64,000 nt of DNA from Candidatus Shapirobacteria bacterium (GCA_041674845.1 JBAYUY010000001.1:33962-97961), one strand, 5' to 3'; positions 1-10,338 are shown, numbered from the stretch's first letter. The notes: generated from the letters alone by a model not told the origin. Numbers and translations: made by a program.

Positions 1-44
1 ATTTAAAATTTTTAATTTTTAATCAATTTTAAATTTTTAATTTT
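1..44 (+). repeat. AT-rich intergenic repeat, copy 1 (cut by window edge)
   Basis: ATTTAAAATTTTTAATTTTTAATCAATTTTAAATT matches the cores at 10945-10981 and 46363-46400 and, inverted, 47570-47600. Confidence 0.8.
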
Positions 45-162
45 AAAACTAAAAGTGCCTCCGATATGGAGGCGACAAAAAAGAAAAACTATTTTGTTCC
101 TCGGCGGGACTTAGTTGTTTGCCTGCTGTCTTCGGTAGGACAAGGGTGATTATAATATATAA

Positions 163-1119
163 TTGGTTATGAGTAAATGGGTAGGATTAATACTGGTGAT
201 TGTGGCTTTGGGGATAGCAGGTTATTTTTTTTGGCCACGAAAGGTGATTTCGCCATTGGCAAACGTACAATTTACAGAAAAGAGTTTGGAAAAATATGAT
301 TTTGATAATTTGGCCAAAAGGCAAGGGAAAGCCTCGGAAATAAAAATAGAGGGAAAAAATATTAGTTTTATAAGTGATGGTAAAAAAATATCGGGGATGA
401 TGAATATGCCAAAAGGTGTAGGAACACGCCGCGGCGTGTTCGTACCTGTAATAATCATGATTCGAGGTTATGCAGAAAAGGAAGGATATTATCCTGGTTT
501 TGGGACATATAAGGTAGCTGATGAATTATTTAAAGCAGGGTATGCCACGATTAGTTTGGATTTTTTGGGGTACGGAAATAGTGATAGTGATTCGAGTGAT
601 GTGCTGGAAGCACGTTTCCATAAAGTTATAGAAGTACTTGATTTGATACAGTCTGTAAAACAATTACCATGGGTAGATAAAGATCGAATTGGAATTTGGG
701 CACATAGCAACGGTGGACAAATTGCCTTGTCGGTATTAGAAATTACAGGAGAAAAATATCCGACTGTGCTATGGGCACCAATGACTTTGTCGTTTCCTCA
801 AAGTTTGATTGACACATCTGACCCAGGTGAAGATACACAAAAGGCGATTAAATTTGTAAATTTATTTGAAAAATATTACGACTCCCGTCGTTATGCATTT
901 GAAAACTATTATGAATGGATTAATGCTCCTATATTAATTCAACAGGGGACTTCGGATACTCAGGTTAAGGTACAATGGCAACAGAATGTGGTAAGTAAAT
1001 TAAAATTGCTAAATAAAGATGTTGAATTACAAATATATGATGGGGCTGATCACAATTTGAAAGGTTTGTGGCAAGAGGCGGTAAAGAGGGATGTTAAGTG
1101 GTTTGATGATCAAATTTAG
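163..1119 (+). CDS. membrane-anchored alpha/beta hydrolase (S9 / dienelactone-hydrolase-like)
   Basis: 318-aa ORF; N-terminal TM helix; nucleophile elbow GIWAHSNGG; C-terminal DGADHNL His motif. Confidence 0.75.
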   Translation: MVMSKWVGLILVIVALGIAGYFFWPRKVISPLANVQFTEKSLEKYDFDNLAKRQGKASEIKIEGKNISFISDGKKISGMMNMPKGVGTRRGVFVPVIIMIRGYAEKEGYYPGFGTYKVADELFKAGYATISLDFLGYGNSDSDSSDVLEARFHKVIEVLDLIQSVKQLPWVDKDRIGIWAHSNGGQIALSVLEITGEKYPTVLWAPMTLSFPQSLIDTSDPGEDTQKAIKFVNLFEKYYDSRRYAFENYYEWINAPILIQQGTSDTQVKVQWQQNVVSKLKLLNKDVELQIYDGADHNLKGLWQEAVKRDVKWFDDQI

Positions 1120-2114
1120 TGAGTGATTGTTTTGTAATACAAACACAAAGGAATTAATTTTGATTCGGTGGCAAATAATTTCTGAACTTCATGAACGGGA
1201 CATGACAAATGAGCGTATTTTCTGGCAAAAGCAATTTCTTTGGCGGTGTTCATAGTTACTTTGGTGTCGGTAACCTTGCCAGCGGTGATATCATCAATGC
1301 CGACAACAAAACAACAATGGTAAATGTTTCCATTAGGATATATCTCAGTTTTGACCGGTTCTAACAATCGACAAAAATAATCAGTATTTTTTTTGATTTC
1401 AACAAATTCCTTTTGAGTGACAAATAAAATTGGATATCGGAGGGATATTTTTGTGTTTACTGAGGCTTTTTCAATAATTTTTCGAGCAGCTACCCATTTT
1501 TCTGGTGGGAGTAACAGATCTTGGTTGAGTATTGCAGTTCCTCGATTATTGATAAAATTAAAACTAAGTCTTTTGACACCGATTTTGTCAAGTAGTTTTA
1601 TTACCTTTGAAATCTCATGATAATTTAGTTTGTGAACTGTAAATATGGCTTCGACATAAAAACCCATATTTATGGCTTTTTTAATATTGTTGATACATAA
1701 ATTAAAAACACTTTTTCCTCGGAGAAAATCGTTGGTTTTGGCTGTCGCACCATCAAGGCTAAAGGTTATTTTGTCGACAATAGATGGACTAATTTGTTCT
1801 AGTAAGTGGGTGTTGGTACCATTAGTGCTGACTCCGGTATCGTAGTTAAATTTTTTGGCCATTAATAAAGAATCAATTAAAAATGGTGATATGCATGCTT
1901 CACCACCAGTAAATTCAACTTTTGAATAATTGTTTTTGGCAAAATATTGAAGGGCGGTATTGATTTGTTCTTGGCTTAAAAAATTTGTATTTTCTGGACT
2001 ACCTTCGATAAAACAGTGTTTACATTTAAGGTTGCACTTGTTTGTTAGATATATGGCAATTTTTTTTGTTTCTGCTTGGACAGGAGAGTTAGATTGCGGT
2101 ATAATAGGTCTCAT
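1116..2114 (-). CDS. radical SAM protein with SPASM/twitch-like C-terminal Cys cluster
   Basis: CNLKCKHC (CxxxCxxC) near N-terminus; C-terminal NGNIYHCCFVVG and CPVHE cysteines. Confidence 0.8.
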   Translation of the reverse strand: MRPIIPQSNSPVQAETKKIAIYLTNKCNLKCKHCFIEGSPENTNFLSQEQINTALQYFAKNNYSKVEFTGGEACISPFLIDSLLMAKKFNYDTGVSTNGTNTHLLEQISPSIVDKITFSLDGATAKTNDFLRGKSVFNLCINNIKKAINMGFYVEAIFTVHKLNYHEISKVIKLLDKIGVKRLSFNFINNRGTAILNQDLLLPPEKWVAARKIIEKASVNTKISLRYPILFVTQKEFVEIKKNTDYFCRLLEPVKTEIYPNGNIYHCCFVVGIDDITAGKVTDTKVTMNTAKEIAFARKYAHLSCPVHEVQKLFATESKLIPLCLYYKTITH

Positions 2115-2679
2115 GAAGATATATTTTACCGCATCTCTGCGTGGAAAGAAAGATTTTGGTGAAAATTATGTGTTGATTGTAAAAGAGCTGGTGAGGTTAG
2201 GACACAAAGTTTCGTCAGACCAGGTCTTAAATAGTGATTTTATTGAAGTGGTTAAACAAACCAAAATTGAGGCTCAAAAGGAATACTATAAATTAATTTC
2301 TGAAATTAAAAAAGCTGATGTGGTGGTAGCAGAGGTGTCGGCACAGAGTTTGTCAGTTGGTCATGAATTGACTGAAGCAATGACCTTAAATAAACCTTTG
2401 ATTGTTCTGTACACTGAAGACCATAGGCCTGGATTGTTGTTTGGTTCGATGTATGACAAGATGCAAATTGTTCAATATAATTTGGATAACTTAAAAGATA
2501 TTTTGATGAAATCTCTTGATGAAGCGATGAAACATGCTGATGTTCGTTTTAATTTTTTTGTTTCACCAAAGATTTTGAACTATTTAGATTGGGTGGCCCA
2601 AAAAAGAATGATTCCTCGATCGGTTTTTTTGAGAAATTTGATAGAACACGAGATGAAAAAGGAAAAGGATTTCAAATAA
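2113..2679 (+). CDS. nucleoside 2-deoxyribosyltransferase / DNPH1(Rcl)-like N-glycosidase domain fused to a C-terminal ribbon-helix-helix-like tail
   Basis: Start trimmed to ATG 2113 (MKIYFTASLRGKKD...); ADVVVAEVSAQSLSVGHELTEA resembles the DNPH1/NDT active-site region; the last ~45 aa (FNFFVSPKILNYLDWVAQKRMIPRSVFLRNLIEHEM) look like a CopG/RHH fold. Confidence 0.55.
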   Translation: MKIYFTASLRGKKDFGENYVLIVKELVRLGHKVSSDQVLNSDFIEVVKQTKIEAQKEYYKLISEIKKADVVVAEVSAQSLSVGHELTEAMTLNKPLIVLYTEDHRPGLLFGSMYDKMQIVQYNLDNLKDILMKSLDEAMKHADVRFNFFVSPKILNYLDWVAQKRMIPRSVFLRNLIEHEMKKEKDFK

Positions 2680-3850
2680 TATTTTTTGTTTTCATCCAAT
2701 AGGGACTTTGACGGCAGAGTTTGCTAGAATCGGCTGGATTTTGTAAAATTGATTTGACTAATTCTTCAAGAAAAATAGTATTTTGAGAACCTTTTACTAG
2801 AATAGTTGAATTTTTTGGTAAATTTTCTTTTAAGTAATTTGTTGCATCAACGTAGTTTAAAAACTTTATAGCTTTGTCACCAAAGTATTGAGAGGTTTCT
2901 TTGCCAATAGAGATGATAGTATCACATGATTTTAAGGCTTGATTGTAAATTTGTTGGTGAGCTGATTTGGATATAATTCCTAATTCTCGCATGTCACCTA
3001 AAATAGCAATACGAGGAGAAAGAGAATTTTTTAAAACAGCTAACATTTCAGAACAAGCAAGGGGAGAAGAGTTGTATGAACTGTCAATGATAGTGGAATT
3101 ATTAATTCCAGAGAGAAGAGACGATCGGCCAGGAGGGAGTACTAAATAATTTTTTATATTATCAATCGCATTGTTTCTATTAATATCAAATATTTCAGCT
3201 AAATTAATTGCGGCTGAAATTGAAATATCAAAACTAGCGGGTGGGGCAAACTTTTCAAAATTAATATGTATTGGTTTTAGATATATTTTTTTAGCTAGGG
3301 TGTTTTGAGTGGTCTTGGCTACAATCGGATCATTTGTATTTATAAGAGCATAACCTGTTGAGGGAAGTGTCGCTATTAGTTTTGATTTTTCTAAGCCAAT
3401 ACTATATATGTCTTTAAAAAATTCACCATGAACTAAATTGACGTTGAGAAAAATACCGATTTTTGGTTTGACGATTGATAGTAAATAGACCATATTTTTG
3501 GGAATATCAGGTCCATCTATACCCATTTCACAAAGATAAATATCGTATTTTTGCCAATTTGTAAACAGCTTAATAGGTGCAATTAAGCAGTATTTTAGCC
3601 AATCTGTCGTTGAATAACCGCTAACCTTTATGCCAAGAATGGATAACGGTATACCTGATTCAGAATTGGTACCGTTATTTGTTTTTATTTTGTATTTAGA
3701 TGAGAGAGCCGCTTCACATACTGAAACGGTTGAACTTTTGCCAGCTGATCCGGTGATACCAACAATGACCATTTTTTTATTTTTAAGCAGCTGGAGTTTG
3801 GCAAAAAAGCGGAGGTAGTAAAGTATAAAAAGAGATAAATATTTTTTCAC
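2672..3850 (-). CDS. murF: Mur ligase family protein, MurF-like (short)
   Basis: GITGSAGKSST P-loop typical of Mur ligases; divergent from ddl. Confidence 0.65.
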   Translation of the reverse strand: MKKYLSLFILYYLRFFAKLQLLKNKKMVIVGITGSAGKSSTVSVCEAALSSKYKIKTNNGTNSESGIPLSILGIKVSGYSTTDWLKYCLIAPIKLFTNWQKYDIYLCEMGIDGPDIPKNMVYLLSIVKPKIGIFLNVNLVHGEFFKDIYSIGLEKSKLIATLPSTGYALINTNDPIVAKTTQNTLAKKIYLKPIHINFEKFAPPASFDISISAAINLAEIFDINRNNAIDNIKNYLVLPPGRSSLLSGINNSTIIDSSYNSSPLACSEMLAVLKNSLSPRIAILGDMRELGIISKSAHQQIYNQALKSCDTIISIGKETSQYFGDKAIKFLNYVDATNYLKENLPKNSTILVKGSQNTIFLEELVKSILQNPADSSKLCRQSPYWMKTKNII

Positions 3851-3870
3851 TGACTATATTATAATAGATA

Positions 3871-4731
3871 ATGAACAAAAAACTAAAAGTGGCCGTTTTA
3901 ATGGGTGGGGAAAGTAGTGAAAGAGAGGTTTCTTTGTCTTCTGGAAAAACAGTATTGCACAATTTAGATAAAAATAAATATGATGTTTTGGTTGTTGATG
4001 TACCGAGCGAATTGAATAAAATGTTGGAATGGAAACCCGATGTGGCATTGATAATTTTGCATGGAAAAGGGGGAGAGGATGGGGTAATCCAGGGGTATTT
4101 GGAAACAAATAAAATAAAATATAGTGGTTGTGGAGTGTTATCGTCAGCCATTGGAATGGATAAAATGATTTTTCGAAAGTTGATGGAGAGCGAAAATGTA
4201 TTGATGCCCAAGATAGTTAATGTGGCACCATGTGTGGTTAAACCGCTAAATGGAGGGTCGAGTATTGGGATATCAATTGTGACACAACAGGAAGATCTGA
4301 ATAAAGCAATAATAGAAGCAAAAAAGTTTGATGAAAATATTATTGTTGAAGAATTAATAAAAGGAGTAGAAGTTACCTGTGGTGTTTTGGGTAATGAAGC
4401 GTTGCCTGTAGTGGAAATTATTCCCAAAAATGATTTTTTTGATTATGAATCAAAATATATGGAAGGAATGTCACAAGAAATTTGTCCAGCGCGAATTGAT
4501 GATGAAATGACAAAAAAAGTTCAAAATTTGGCGTTGAAAGTTTTTAATATTATTGGTGGAAGAGGATATTCACGAATAGATATGATTATTAAAGATGATT
4601 TAATTCATGTTTTGGAAATTAATACTTTGCCGGGGATGACGCCAAATTCACTGTTACCTCGCGAAGCAAAAGCGACAGGAATGAGTTACCCTCAATTGTT
4701 GGATAGAATAATTGAATTAGCTCTGGAATAA
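3871..4731 (+). CDS. ddl: D-alanine--D-alanine ligase
   Basis: KVAVLMGGESSEREVSLSSG N-terminus and ATP-grasp C-terminal motifs (LEINTLPGMT). Confidence 0.85.
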   Translation: MNKKLKVAVLMGGESSEREVSLSSGKTVLHNLDKNKYDVLVVDVPSELNKMLEWKPDVALIILHGKGGEDGVIQGYLETNKIKYSGCGVLSSAIGMDKMIFRKLMESENVLMPKIVNVAPCVVKPLNGGSSIGISIVTQQEDLNKAIIEAKKFDENIIVEELIKGVEVTCGVLGNEALPVVEIIPKNDFFDYESKYMEGMSQEICPARIDDEMTKKVQNLALKVFNIIGGRGYSRIDMIIKDDLIHVLEINTLPGMTPNSLLPREAKATGMSYPQLLDRIIELALE

Positions 4732-6072
4732 TTGTTCTGCCCGGACAGCGAGGCCGGAGGCGACGGAGGTGAAATGGTTTGAAGTAATTATTTTGTCAGC
4801 TCCAAAAATATTTTTGATTTGAGATATAAAAATTGGAACTTGAGATGATCCACCGGTTAAAATAATATTGTCAATTTGACTGGGTTTTAAATTTGCCAAA
4901 TTTAGGGCTTCGTCGATACATTCTTGTGAGGTTTGTAAATCAGGTCCGATAGCTGTTTCAAAATCTAATTTAGTGATTTGTTCATGAACGTATAAACTTT
5001 GTCTTTTAAACAAAAAGTCGGTAATGGTTTTTGTTGATAAATCAATTTTTGTAGAATCTAAAGTCTGGAAAAATTCAAAACCATAGTCGTTAAATATTAA
5101 AGAAATTAAGTTTTTTACTAATTCAGGTTGATTCGATTTTACAGCTAATTCTTCCAATGTATCATGGTTTTTGACGGTTTTTTGAAGAGTGGCTAGATAC
5201 CAACTTTGAAAAGTGGAAAATAGATAACGAGGGAAAGGCATTTTGCCATTAATAACAGAATTTAACCCAAAATGAGGAGCTATTTTTGATAGGGCTAAAT
5301 GGGAATCGAGCATATCTCCACCTAAACCACGACCAGAAACAGAAAGAATTTTTTTACTTGGTAGTTCCATTATGCAAATGTCGAGAGTTCCACCACCAAA
5401 ATCGTATACCAAAATTTTTTGCGAAGAGGTGGAATTTATTCCGTAATCAAGAGCGGCGCCGACGGGCTCGTATTCAAATTCGACTTGCTCAAATCCGGCA
5501 TTTTTGGCAATGGTTTGCATGCGATCGAGGGCAATTTTGTTTTCACTTGTCCCTACATATTTGACGGGGCGACCAATGACTGCGTGGGTGAGTGGGTGCC
5601 CAATTTCTGTTTCTGCATTAGATTTTATTTGTTTTAATAATAAAGTTAACAAGTCTTCGAGACTATAAAATTTGCCAAAAATGTTGGTACCGGTAAAAGT
5701 TGAACTAGTTAGGACTGATTTTAATGATTGTAACAATCGTCCTCGACCACTGTCGTCGACTTCGACAATTTCAGGAACCCAGTCGGCTTTCATGGGACCA
5801 CTACCAGTGGGAACCATAACTTTTATCATTCTTCCGGTTGATTCAATACGAAGGGGGACTGAGGGGAAGTTTTTTAAATCGTTTAAATAATTATTTATGG
5901 CATTGTGACCAATGGCAATTTCTTGTTTTGGGTTTAAATAAACTAACGATTTTAAGACTTTATTATTGGGATTTAGCCTATCTATGGGTATTACTACTGG
6001 TTTTTCATTTTGACAAATACTTAGGGATGAATTTGTGGTACCAAAATCAATACCGCAATGAGTGGGTGACAT
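4717..6072 (-). CDS. Hsp70/actin-fold ATPase, short (451 aa, no obvious substrate-binding domain)
   Basis: GIDFGTTNS phosphate-1 motif; DFGGGTLD phosphate-2 motif; LTGGSSQVP adenosine motif. Confidence 0.75.
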   Translation of the reverse strand: MSPTHCGIDFGTTNSSLSICQNEKPVVIPIDRLNPNNKVLKSLVYLNPKQEIAIGHNAINNYLNDLKNFPSVPLRIESTGRMIKVMVPTGSGPMKADWVPEIVEVDDSGRGRLLQSLKSVLTSSTFTGTNIFGKFYSLEDLLTLLLKQIKSNAETEIGHPLTHAVIGRPVKYVGTSENKIALDRMQTIAKNAGFEQVEFEYEPVGAALDYGINSTSSQKILVYDFGGGTLDICIMELPSKKILSVSGRGLGGDMLDSHLALSKIAPHFGLNSVINGKMPFPRYLFSTFQSWYLATLQKTVKNHDTLEELAVKSNQPELVKNLISLIFNDYGFEFFQTLDSTKIDLSTKTITDFLFKRQSLYVHEQITKLDFETAIGPDLQTSQECIDEALNLANLKPSQIDNIILTGGSSQVPIFISQIKNIFGADKIITSNHFTSVASGLAVRAEQLFQS

Positions 6073-6087
6073 GAGATTTTGATTATA

Positions 6088-6813
6088 TCACTTCATTTCG
6101 TTTTCAAGAAATAGAATTGTTTCTGACTTTAATATTTTTCTCACTTTATTAAATTGATTGATTGATAAAAGGGTGTTTAAATCTTGATCAATTAACTGTT
6201 GGGTAATTTTGGTATTAATAAAATTAATTAAATATTCAAAATATTTTTGTGGGGTTAAATTGGTTCGCTCGATGATGATTTCACTTCGATATGACAATCC
6301 AATCATAAAAAAATGATGAATGTCATACAAATCACGGCAGGCGATTGATTTGTGTTTATCAAATCTATCTTTGACAGCAACGAGTTTGTTGGCAAAAATG
6401 GTTTCTTTAGTTTGGCAATTAACTGTTTTGCCAATTTCGGGAAGAAAAATGGGGGCATACAAATTGGATTTGACTTGAAAATTGAGGGCGTCAATTTTGA
6501 GAGTATTGCGTTGATTTGGATCACTTTTATATTTAAGAAAAAATTCGAGAGCATTTTGACTTTCCTGAGATAAGGTATAATCCAGTTTTTTAAATATTTT
6601 GTGAAACTCATCTCGTAATATTTTCTCATCTGATTTTGGATTAATATCAAAATCTAAATCGACGGAGAAACGATCTAAAATATTTTGCATTGAAGCACAA
6701 GTACCACCTATGAAATAGAGCGATTGGGATAAAATTGGGTTTTCAATAATTTCGCTTAAAATTCTTAATAAATGAACTTTGTGAATGATATCTTCCTGGC
6801 GATTAGTGATCAT
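6088..6813 (-). CDS. AbiEii/AbiGii-family nucleotidyltransferase toxin (type IV TA)
   Basis: 241 aa; FIGGTCASM...DLDFD motif; 4-nt overlap with the upstream AbiEi-like gene. Confidence 0.75.
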   Translation of the reverse strand: MITNRQEDIIHKVHLLRILSEIIENPILSQSLYFIGGTCASMQNILDRFSVDLDFDINPKSDEKILRDEFHKIFKKLDYTLSQESQNALEFFLKYKSDPNQRNTLKIDALNFQVKSNLYAPIFLPEIGKTVNCQTKETIFANKLVAVKDRFDKHKSIACRDLYDIHHFFMIGLSYRSEIIIERTNLTPQKYFEYLINFINTKITQQLIDQDLNTLLSINQFNKVRKILKSETILFLENEMK

Positions 6814-7304
6814 AATTTTTTGTCAAAATAATAGTTGGGTTGAAAGTAAAGCATGTCTGATTTGGCGCGGTCAGCTGATGCGACTAAAACTCCGTTTGAC
6901 TGTGAACTAATACCACTGCTGTCGAATAAAAGTTTATCAGTCATTTGTCGATATAAATAAATATTGTTGCCAATAGTAATTTTTTTAGAAATATTGGAGA
7001 CGAAAGTAATTTTATTGGGGGATTGGTTGATAACTCCATTTTGAGCAAGGACTGTCTCGGTGGTGAGATAGCAAAAACGATTGATTAATCGTGACCCTAG
7101 CTCGATGGGATCAAGCTCGGAGAGAGGTATGGTACTGTAAAGACCTCTGTAGATTTTTATTAAAATACCTTTTTTGATTAGTCGTGAAATGGTTTGGTGG
7201 AGGGTATTTGGGTTGATTATAGACCACAAAATCCGCAAGTCATCGGTATGATAGATTTTTTGAGGTTGTTTTAATAAGACATTTAGTTTATTTATCATAT
7301 ACAA
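6810..7304 (-). CDS. AbiEi-family antitoxin / transcriptional regulator
   Basis: 164 aa; winged-helix-like TLHQTISRLIKKGILIKIYRGLY; coupled to the AbiEii gene. Confidence 0.7.
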   Translation of the reverse strand: MYMINKLNVLLKQPQKIYHTDDLRILWSIINPNTLHQTISRLIKKGILIKIYRGLYSTIPLSELDPIELGSRLINRFCYLTTETVLAQNGVINQSPNKITFVSNISKKITIGNNIYLYRQMTDKLLFDSSGISSQSNGVLVASADRAKSDMLYFQPNYYFDKKL

Positions 7305-7342
7305 TTATGTATAGGATAACATAACTGTGTGGCGTTGTCAAT

Positions 7343-9118
7343 TTATTTTAATTTTGTTTTCTTTTGAATTTGCCAAAGTTGGTAGAAGTATCCTTTGAGA
7401 GTTACCAATTGTTTGAAACTGCCGGTTTCGACGATTTTACCTTGATCGAACAGAACTATTTCATCGGTAAATCGCAAGGTTGATAGTCGATGGGCAATCC
7501 AAATAATTGTTTTTGATTCAAAATACTTTTCTAGATTGATTAGAATTTTGGCTTCTGTTTTGGAATCGAGTGCAGAGGTGCTTTCGTCAAAAATGATTAT
7601 TGGAGTATTTTTGTAAATAGCCCTAGCGATTCCCAATCGTTGTCTTTCACCGCCAGAAAGTTTGATGCCTTTTTCACCAAGATGTGTTTGATGATTATTT
7701 TTAATTTTGTCCAAAATGGTTTGACACTCGGCGGTTTTGATGGCGAGATTGTATAAGTCGAGATTAAATTTTTGGGAGGGGGAGCTGATGGTAATATTTT
7801 CTTTAAATGATAAATTAAATACTTCATTGTCTTGAGGGGCGACGCCAATATTTTGATGAAGTGAGTGGGTATTTATTTTTGAGATATCGGTGTGATTGTA
7901 GTAAATATGTCCTTTTGTACATGGATAAAGTTTTAGTAGAAGCTTGCTAAGTGTTGATTTGCCGGAACCGGATGATCCAACAAATCCGTATTTTTTTCCT
8001 TGATATAAAGTAATTGAAATATTATTTAAAACAGGTCTGTTGATTTGATATCCAAATGTAAGTTCTTCAATATTAATCATGTTAAGTTGGTTGGGAAAAG
8101 GTTTGACGCCATTTTCGGTAATACTGGTGCCTGATTGAAGTAATTGACGAACGCGAAAAAGCCCCAAATATTTTTCAATTAAATCGTTAACCCAATCAGC
8201 AACATCACTCAAACCGTCTTGAAGTCGATTAATGTAGCCCGTATATACAAAAAATGAGCCGAGTGAAATTTTATTATTAATAATATCGTTGACGATTAAA
8301 ATTATTCCAATGGTGTTACAGATTTGAGAAATAGTGTTGATATATATCCATTTATTGAATTCTTTGGTGGTGTATTTAATTGATTTTTCGGTGAGTTTTG
8401 ATTCTTTTTGAAATAATACTTTATTTATGTTTTGGCCAATACCAAGACTTTTTATAAGTGACATGTTGGAGAAATAGTCAAAATTTTTACCCATGACTTG
8501 GTCTGAGGTTCGATTGATTTGATGTCGTTGTTGATTTAGTTTTTTTGTTTGTTGAATTAAAATGACAGAATATAAAATTATGTTGATAAGACAAAGAAGG
8601 GCGTATTTTTGATTTAAAAACATAAGGGTAATCAATACTCCAAATACATTGACAAAAATATCGACACCTCCACCACCTTTGGTGACAAACTGAATCAGAT
8701 TTTTTAGCTGCTCTGAACCTCGAGCCAAAACAGAGATTTTTTTGCCCGAGTTTTGTTTTTCATGCCATTTTAGATCATACTTGAGTATGGTTGAAATCCA
8801 CAATTGACGACTGGAGAGACGACAAGCTTCGGCAAGTTTGTAGACTTGGAGTTTGATACGATTTCGTCCTACTATGCGACTATAACCGATTATAAAAATT
8901 GCTGATATGAGAAAAGGAATATTGTTGGTATTTCCTAGGGTAATGTTGTCAATTATTTTGGCGAGTAATAAGGGTATCGCGAGATTGGCGAGTGCAGAAA
9001 TAATATGGAGGAAGTACCAAAAGATTAGCCGACGATGAAATTTGTGGGTGTATTGCCAAAGGTCATGAAAAAATAACCCAATTGGGTAATTTATTTTTTT
9101 ATTTTGATCGAGAGACAT
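7343..9118 (-). CDS. ABC exporter, fused permease + ATPase (MsbA-like)
   Basis: N-terminal multi-TM domain; Walker A GSSGSGKST; signature LSGGERQR; Walker B IIIFDEST. Confidence 0.9.
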   Translation of the reverse strand: MSLDQNKKINYPIGLFFHDLWQYTHKFHRRLIFWYFLHIISALANLAIPLLLAKIIDNITLGNTNNIPFLISAIFIIGYSRIVGRNRIKLQVYKLAEACRLSSRQLWISTILKYDLKWHEKQNSGKKISVLARGSEQLKNLIQFVTKGGGGVDIFVNVFGVLITLMFLNQKYALLCLINIILYSVILIQQTKKLNQQRHQINRTSDQVMGKNFDYFSNMSLIKSLGIGQNINKVLFQKESKLTEKSIKYTTKEFNKWIYINTISQICNTIGIILIVNDIINNKISLGSFFVYTGYINRLQDGLSDVADWVNDLIEKYLGLFRVRQLLQSGTSITENGVKPFPNQLNMINIEELTFGYQINRPVLNNISITLYQGKKYGFVGSSGSGKSTLSKLLLKLYPCTKGHIYYNHTDISKINTHSLHQNIGVAPQDNEVFNLSFKENITISSPSQKFNLDLYNLAIKTAECQTILDKIKNNHQTHLGEKGIKLSGGERQRLGIARAIYKNTPIIIFDESTSALDSKTEAKILINLEKYFESKTIIWIAHRLSTLRFTDEIVLFDQGKIVETGSFKQLVTLKGYFYQLWQIQKKTKLK

Positions 9119-9134
9119 GGTTTAATTTATCACA

Positions 9135-9156
9135 AAACCCGGCAGTAGCCGGGTTT
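9135..9156 (-). terminator. Rho-independent terminator after rplA
   Basis: Perfect 9-bp stem AAACCCGGC/GCCGGGTTT with a 4-nt loop; followed by TTTTGTG on the minus strand. Confidence 0.7.
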
Positions 9157-9177
9157 AATATTATGTAAATTATTTAT

Positions 9178-9891
9178 TTACTTTATGATCTCGCATTTTA
9201 TTCCTGGACCCATGGTGGCACAGAGAACTAATTTTTTCATTTTGACAGTTTTAACAACCTTGATCAATTCATTGATGTTGGCAACAACTTCCTCAGTTTT
9301 TTGAGAGATGGTTCCAACAATTTGATGAATAACAGGGGCTTTTTTCTCGGATTTGATCATAGTTTTTGCTATGGACAATTTTTTGACAGATTCTTCGGGT
9401 TTGTCGGTTAATGTTCCATTTTTTGGATTTGGCATTAATCCACGAGGACCCAAAAGTTTGGCAAAAGGTAACAATTTTGGCATAGTGATGGGAGTAGCGA
9501 TAAGAATATCAAAATTTACTTTACCGTCTTTGATTTCGGCCAATATTTTGTCATCTAAAATGACGATTTTTTTGGCACCAAGTTCTAGGTGGGGGAAAGC
9601 AATTTCGCCAATATTACCCATATCCATACCTAAAATGTGGGCTTCGATTTTGCCATCAAATTTAGTGAGAGAAGTGGTTTTAACCAATTCTACGGCTTCT
9701 TTGATTGAGTAAAGCTTGTTGATGTCGTATTTTTTACGAGCAGCAACGTATCGTTTACCTCGGACGCGAGTAGGTTTTTTTATAATTTCAGTTGTTTCTT
9801 CAACTGGGGCGTTTTGTCCTTCGGTTTCACTCAGGACTTCCACTGCAACTTTGGCTTTTTTGGCCTTGTTTTCTTGAGTAGTTTTGCTCAT
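9178..9891 (-). CDS. rplA: 50S ribosomal protein L1
   Basis: 237 aa; canonical position after rplK; GPRGLMPNPK motif. Confidence 0.95.
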   Translation of the reverse strand: MSKTTQENKAKKAKVAVEVLSETEGQNAPVEETTEIIKKPTRVRGKRYVAARKKYDINKLYSIKEAVELVKTTSLTKFDGKIEAHILGMDMGNIGEIAFPHLELGAKKIVILDDKILAEIKDGKVNFDILIATPITMPKLLPFAKLLGPRGLMPNPKNGTLTDKPEESVKKLSIAKTMIKSEKKAPVIHQIVGTISQKTEEVVANINELIKVVKTVKMKKLVLCATMGPGIKCEIIK

Positions 9892-9900
9892 TTGAATATT

Positions 9901-10326
9901 TTAATTAATAATTTCAAAACCCATGGATTTGGCGGTGCCGGCAATCATACGTTTGGCAGCTTCAAGATCTTTGGTATTTAAATCAACGATTTTGTTTTGG
10001 GCAACCTGGGTAATTTGGGCGTCAGTAATTTTGCCAATTTTTTCACGACCAGTAGTACCACTACCTTTAGTTATACCGGTGATTTTTTTGATCATATCGG
10101 AAACAGGAGGTTTTTTGATAATGAATTCAAAAGTACGATCTTCAAAAATTGTGATGATTGCAGGAATTAATGAGCCTTTCATGTCGGCAGTTTTGGTATT
10201 AAATTCGTTGCAGAAATCCATGATTTTGATACCATGAGGACCCAAGGCTGTACCTACTGGAGGTGCTGGATTTGCCATTCCGGCTTGGAGAGCTAATTTG
10301 ACGACTATCTTAATTTTTTTTGCCAT
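9901..10326 (-). CDS. rplK: 50S ribosomal protein L11
   Basis: 141 aa; ANPAPPVGTALGPHGI motif. Confidence 0.95.
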   Translation of the reverse strand: MAKKIKIVVKLALQAGMANPAPPVGTALGPHGIKIMDFCNEFNTKTADMKGSLIPAIITIFEDRTFEFIIKKPPVSDMIKKITGITKGSGTTGREKIGKITDAQITQVAQNKIVDLNTKDLEAAKRMIAGTAKSMGFEIIN

Positions 10327-10338
10327 ATATTTTTATAT

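Noticed and set aside
57-73. Hairpin GCCTCC-GATAT-GGAGGC as a terminator
   Set aside because: It is followed by an A-run on the plus strand. The U-run is on the minus strand, where no gene ends, so no function can be assigned without the upstream sequence.
3783-4427. 214-aa ORF antisense to ddl; similar listed ORFs lie at 222-458, 34942-35502, 41164-41577, 41615-42136, 45824-46276 and 62710-63102
   Set aside because: They lie opposite genes with clear family motifs and have low-complexity, Ser/Pro/Leu/Phe-rich composition. They are typical shadow ORFs of an AT-rich genome.
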